NCBI RefSeq assembly: GCF_030684315.1
Contig: NC_081391.1
Location: 13,803,342 to 13,867,341, forward strand
Direction: 5' to 3'
Length of the DNA stretch: 64,000 nucleotides
Source of the DNA: Stegostoma tigrinum
Taxonomy: Eukaryota
A program made the translations under genes and the position numbers. This document shows positions 63,174-64,000 of this stretch, one piece after another (the stretch's first letter is position 1; each line of letters starts with the position of its first letter). The notes beneath the pieces are model-generated. The model did no database searches, had not been told where the DNA came from, and worked only from the letters and a program-made list of their open reading frames with translations.

Positions 63174-64000
63174 TGTGGCCTGGAGTACTGTCTGCTTGGC
63201 CTGAATGCATTCCCCACTTCACCCTGGGCAATCTGTCTCCTTTCAGGGGGAAGGAATTTTGTAGCAAAGAATGTAATGGCTGTACCAGCTGAATGTAAAT
63301 GAATAAAATGATATATTGATATTGGTTTTTGTCCATCATTTTGAGACCATTGATACCTTTCTTTGGTCAATCAAGCTTTCCTACTGAAGTTCACCGCCCC
63401 CCCCCCCCCCCCCCCCCACACTGTGGACAGACTCTAGGCCTATGGGAGCCAGTTCAGGTTCAAATCGGGGCCTGTGACCTACCCTTGCAATAGCCATTGA
63501 CAGTTGGCCCCACTGACCAGTTCGCATTTAAGTTTTGTCAGTTGTCTGCTGCTCCTCCCAGGGCACCTTGGGGTTTTCTAAATAACTGTCTTGGTTTAAC
63601 TGCATTGCTCTCTTTTCCCAGAAGCAATTCAAAGTTTGTCTTCCAAGTGGCTTCATCAGTTTTTTTGCTGTCTTTCCTTCACCCATGGGCTCAGCAACTT
63701 TCTCTTCCAACGGCTTCTCTTCTCGACCCCACCCTGCCTGCCCCCACCACCTAAATAACTGGAAGTCTGCCAGCCCTGAGCTGGGGAAATTCGGCCCAAA
63801 CTTTCACAACAGTCACATTCCAGGGAATCGGCTCCAGATTCTCTGGGGCTACCTGATTGATAGTGGATGGTCTTGATCCCATAAAGACAAGGATTGGTGA
63901 CCTGGGGCTTGGATGATAGCCCACGGTTTAAAAATACTCCCATTTGGTTTATGCTTGCAGCTACAACTGGCTTCTTACTGTTCAAGGGTTTGTATGAAAA

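Noticed and set aside
1-64000. Prokaryotic systems (CRISPR, retron, encapsulin-ferritin operon)
   Set aside because: Spliceosomal introns, poly(A) signals and vertebrate repeats; no repeat-spacer arrays or operons.

Overview
Vertebrate genomic DNA, most likely a cartilaginous fish (inferred from the CR1, Penelope-like and tRNA-SINE repeat content; not verified). The window is a head-to-tail array of 8 four-exon ferritin genes on the + strand (phase-0 introns, 176-aa product), arranged as a ~26-kb three-gene higher-order repeat (C-A-B-C-A-B-C-A). The three type-A copies (2, 5, 8) have intact frames. Copies 3, 4 and 7 carry stops or frameshifts, copy 1 has a 1-bp deletion and copy 6 lost its ATG to a 23-bp micro-inversion. 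All copies encode an unusual subunit: E27/Y34/E107 and usually H65 are kept, but the L-chain substitutions E62K and Q141E are fixed, which predicts loss of ferroxidase activity. No iron-responsive element is visible between TATA and ATG. The promoters instead carry a DR1 nuclear-receptor site, CCAAT boxes and a possible IRE remnant upstream of the TATA box. Introns and spacers contain CR1 fragments, a Penelope-like element, SINE relics and two conserved LINE-derived blocks. Everything was read by eye; repeat boundaries are approximate.
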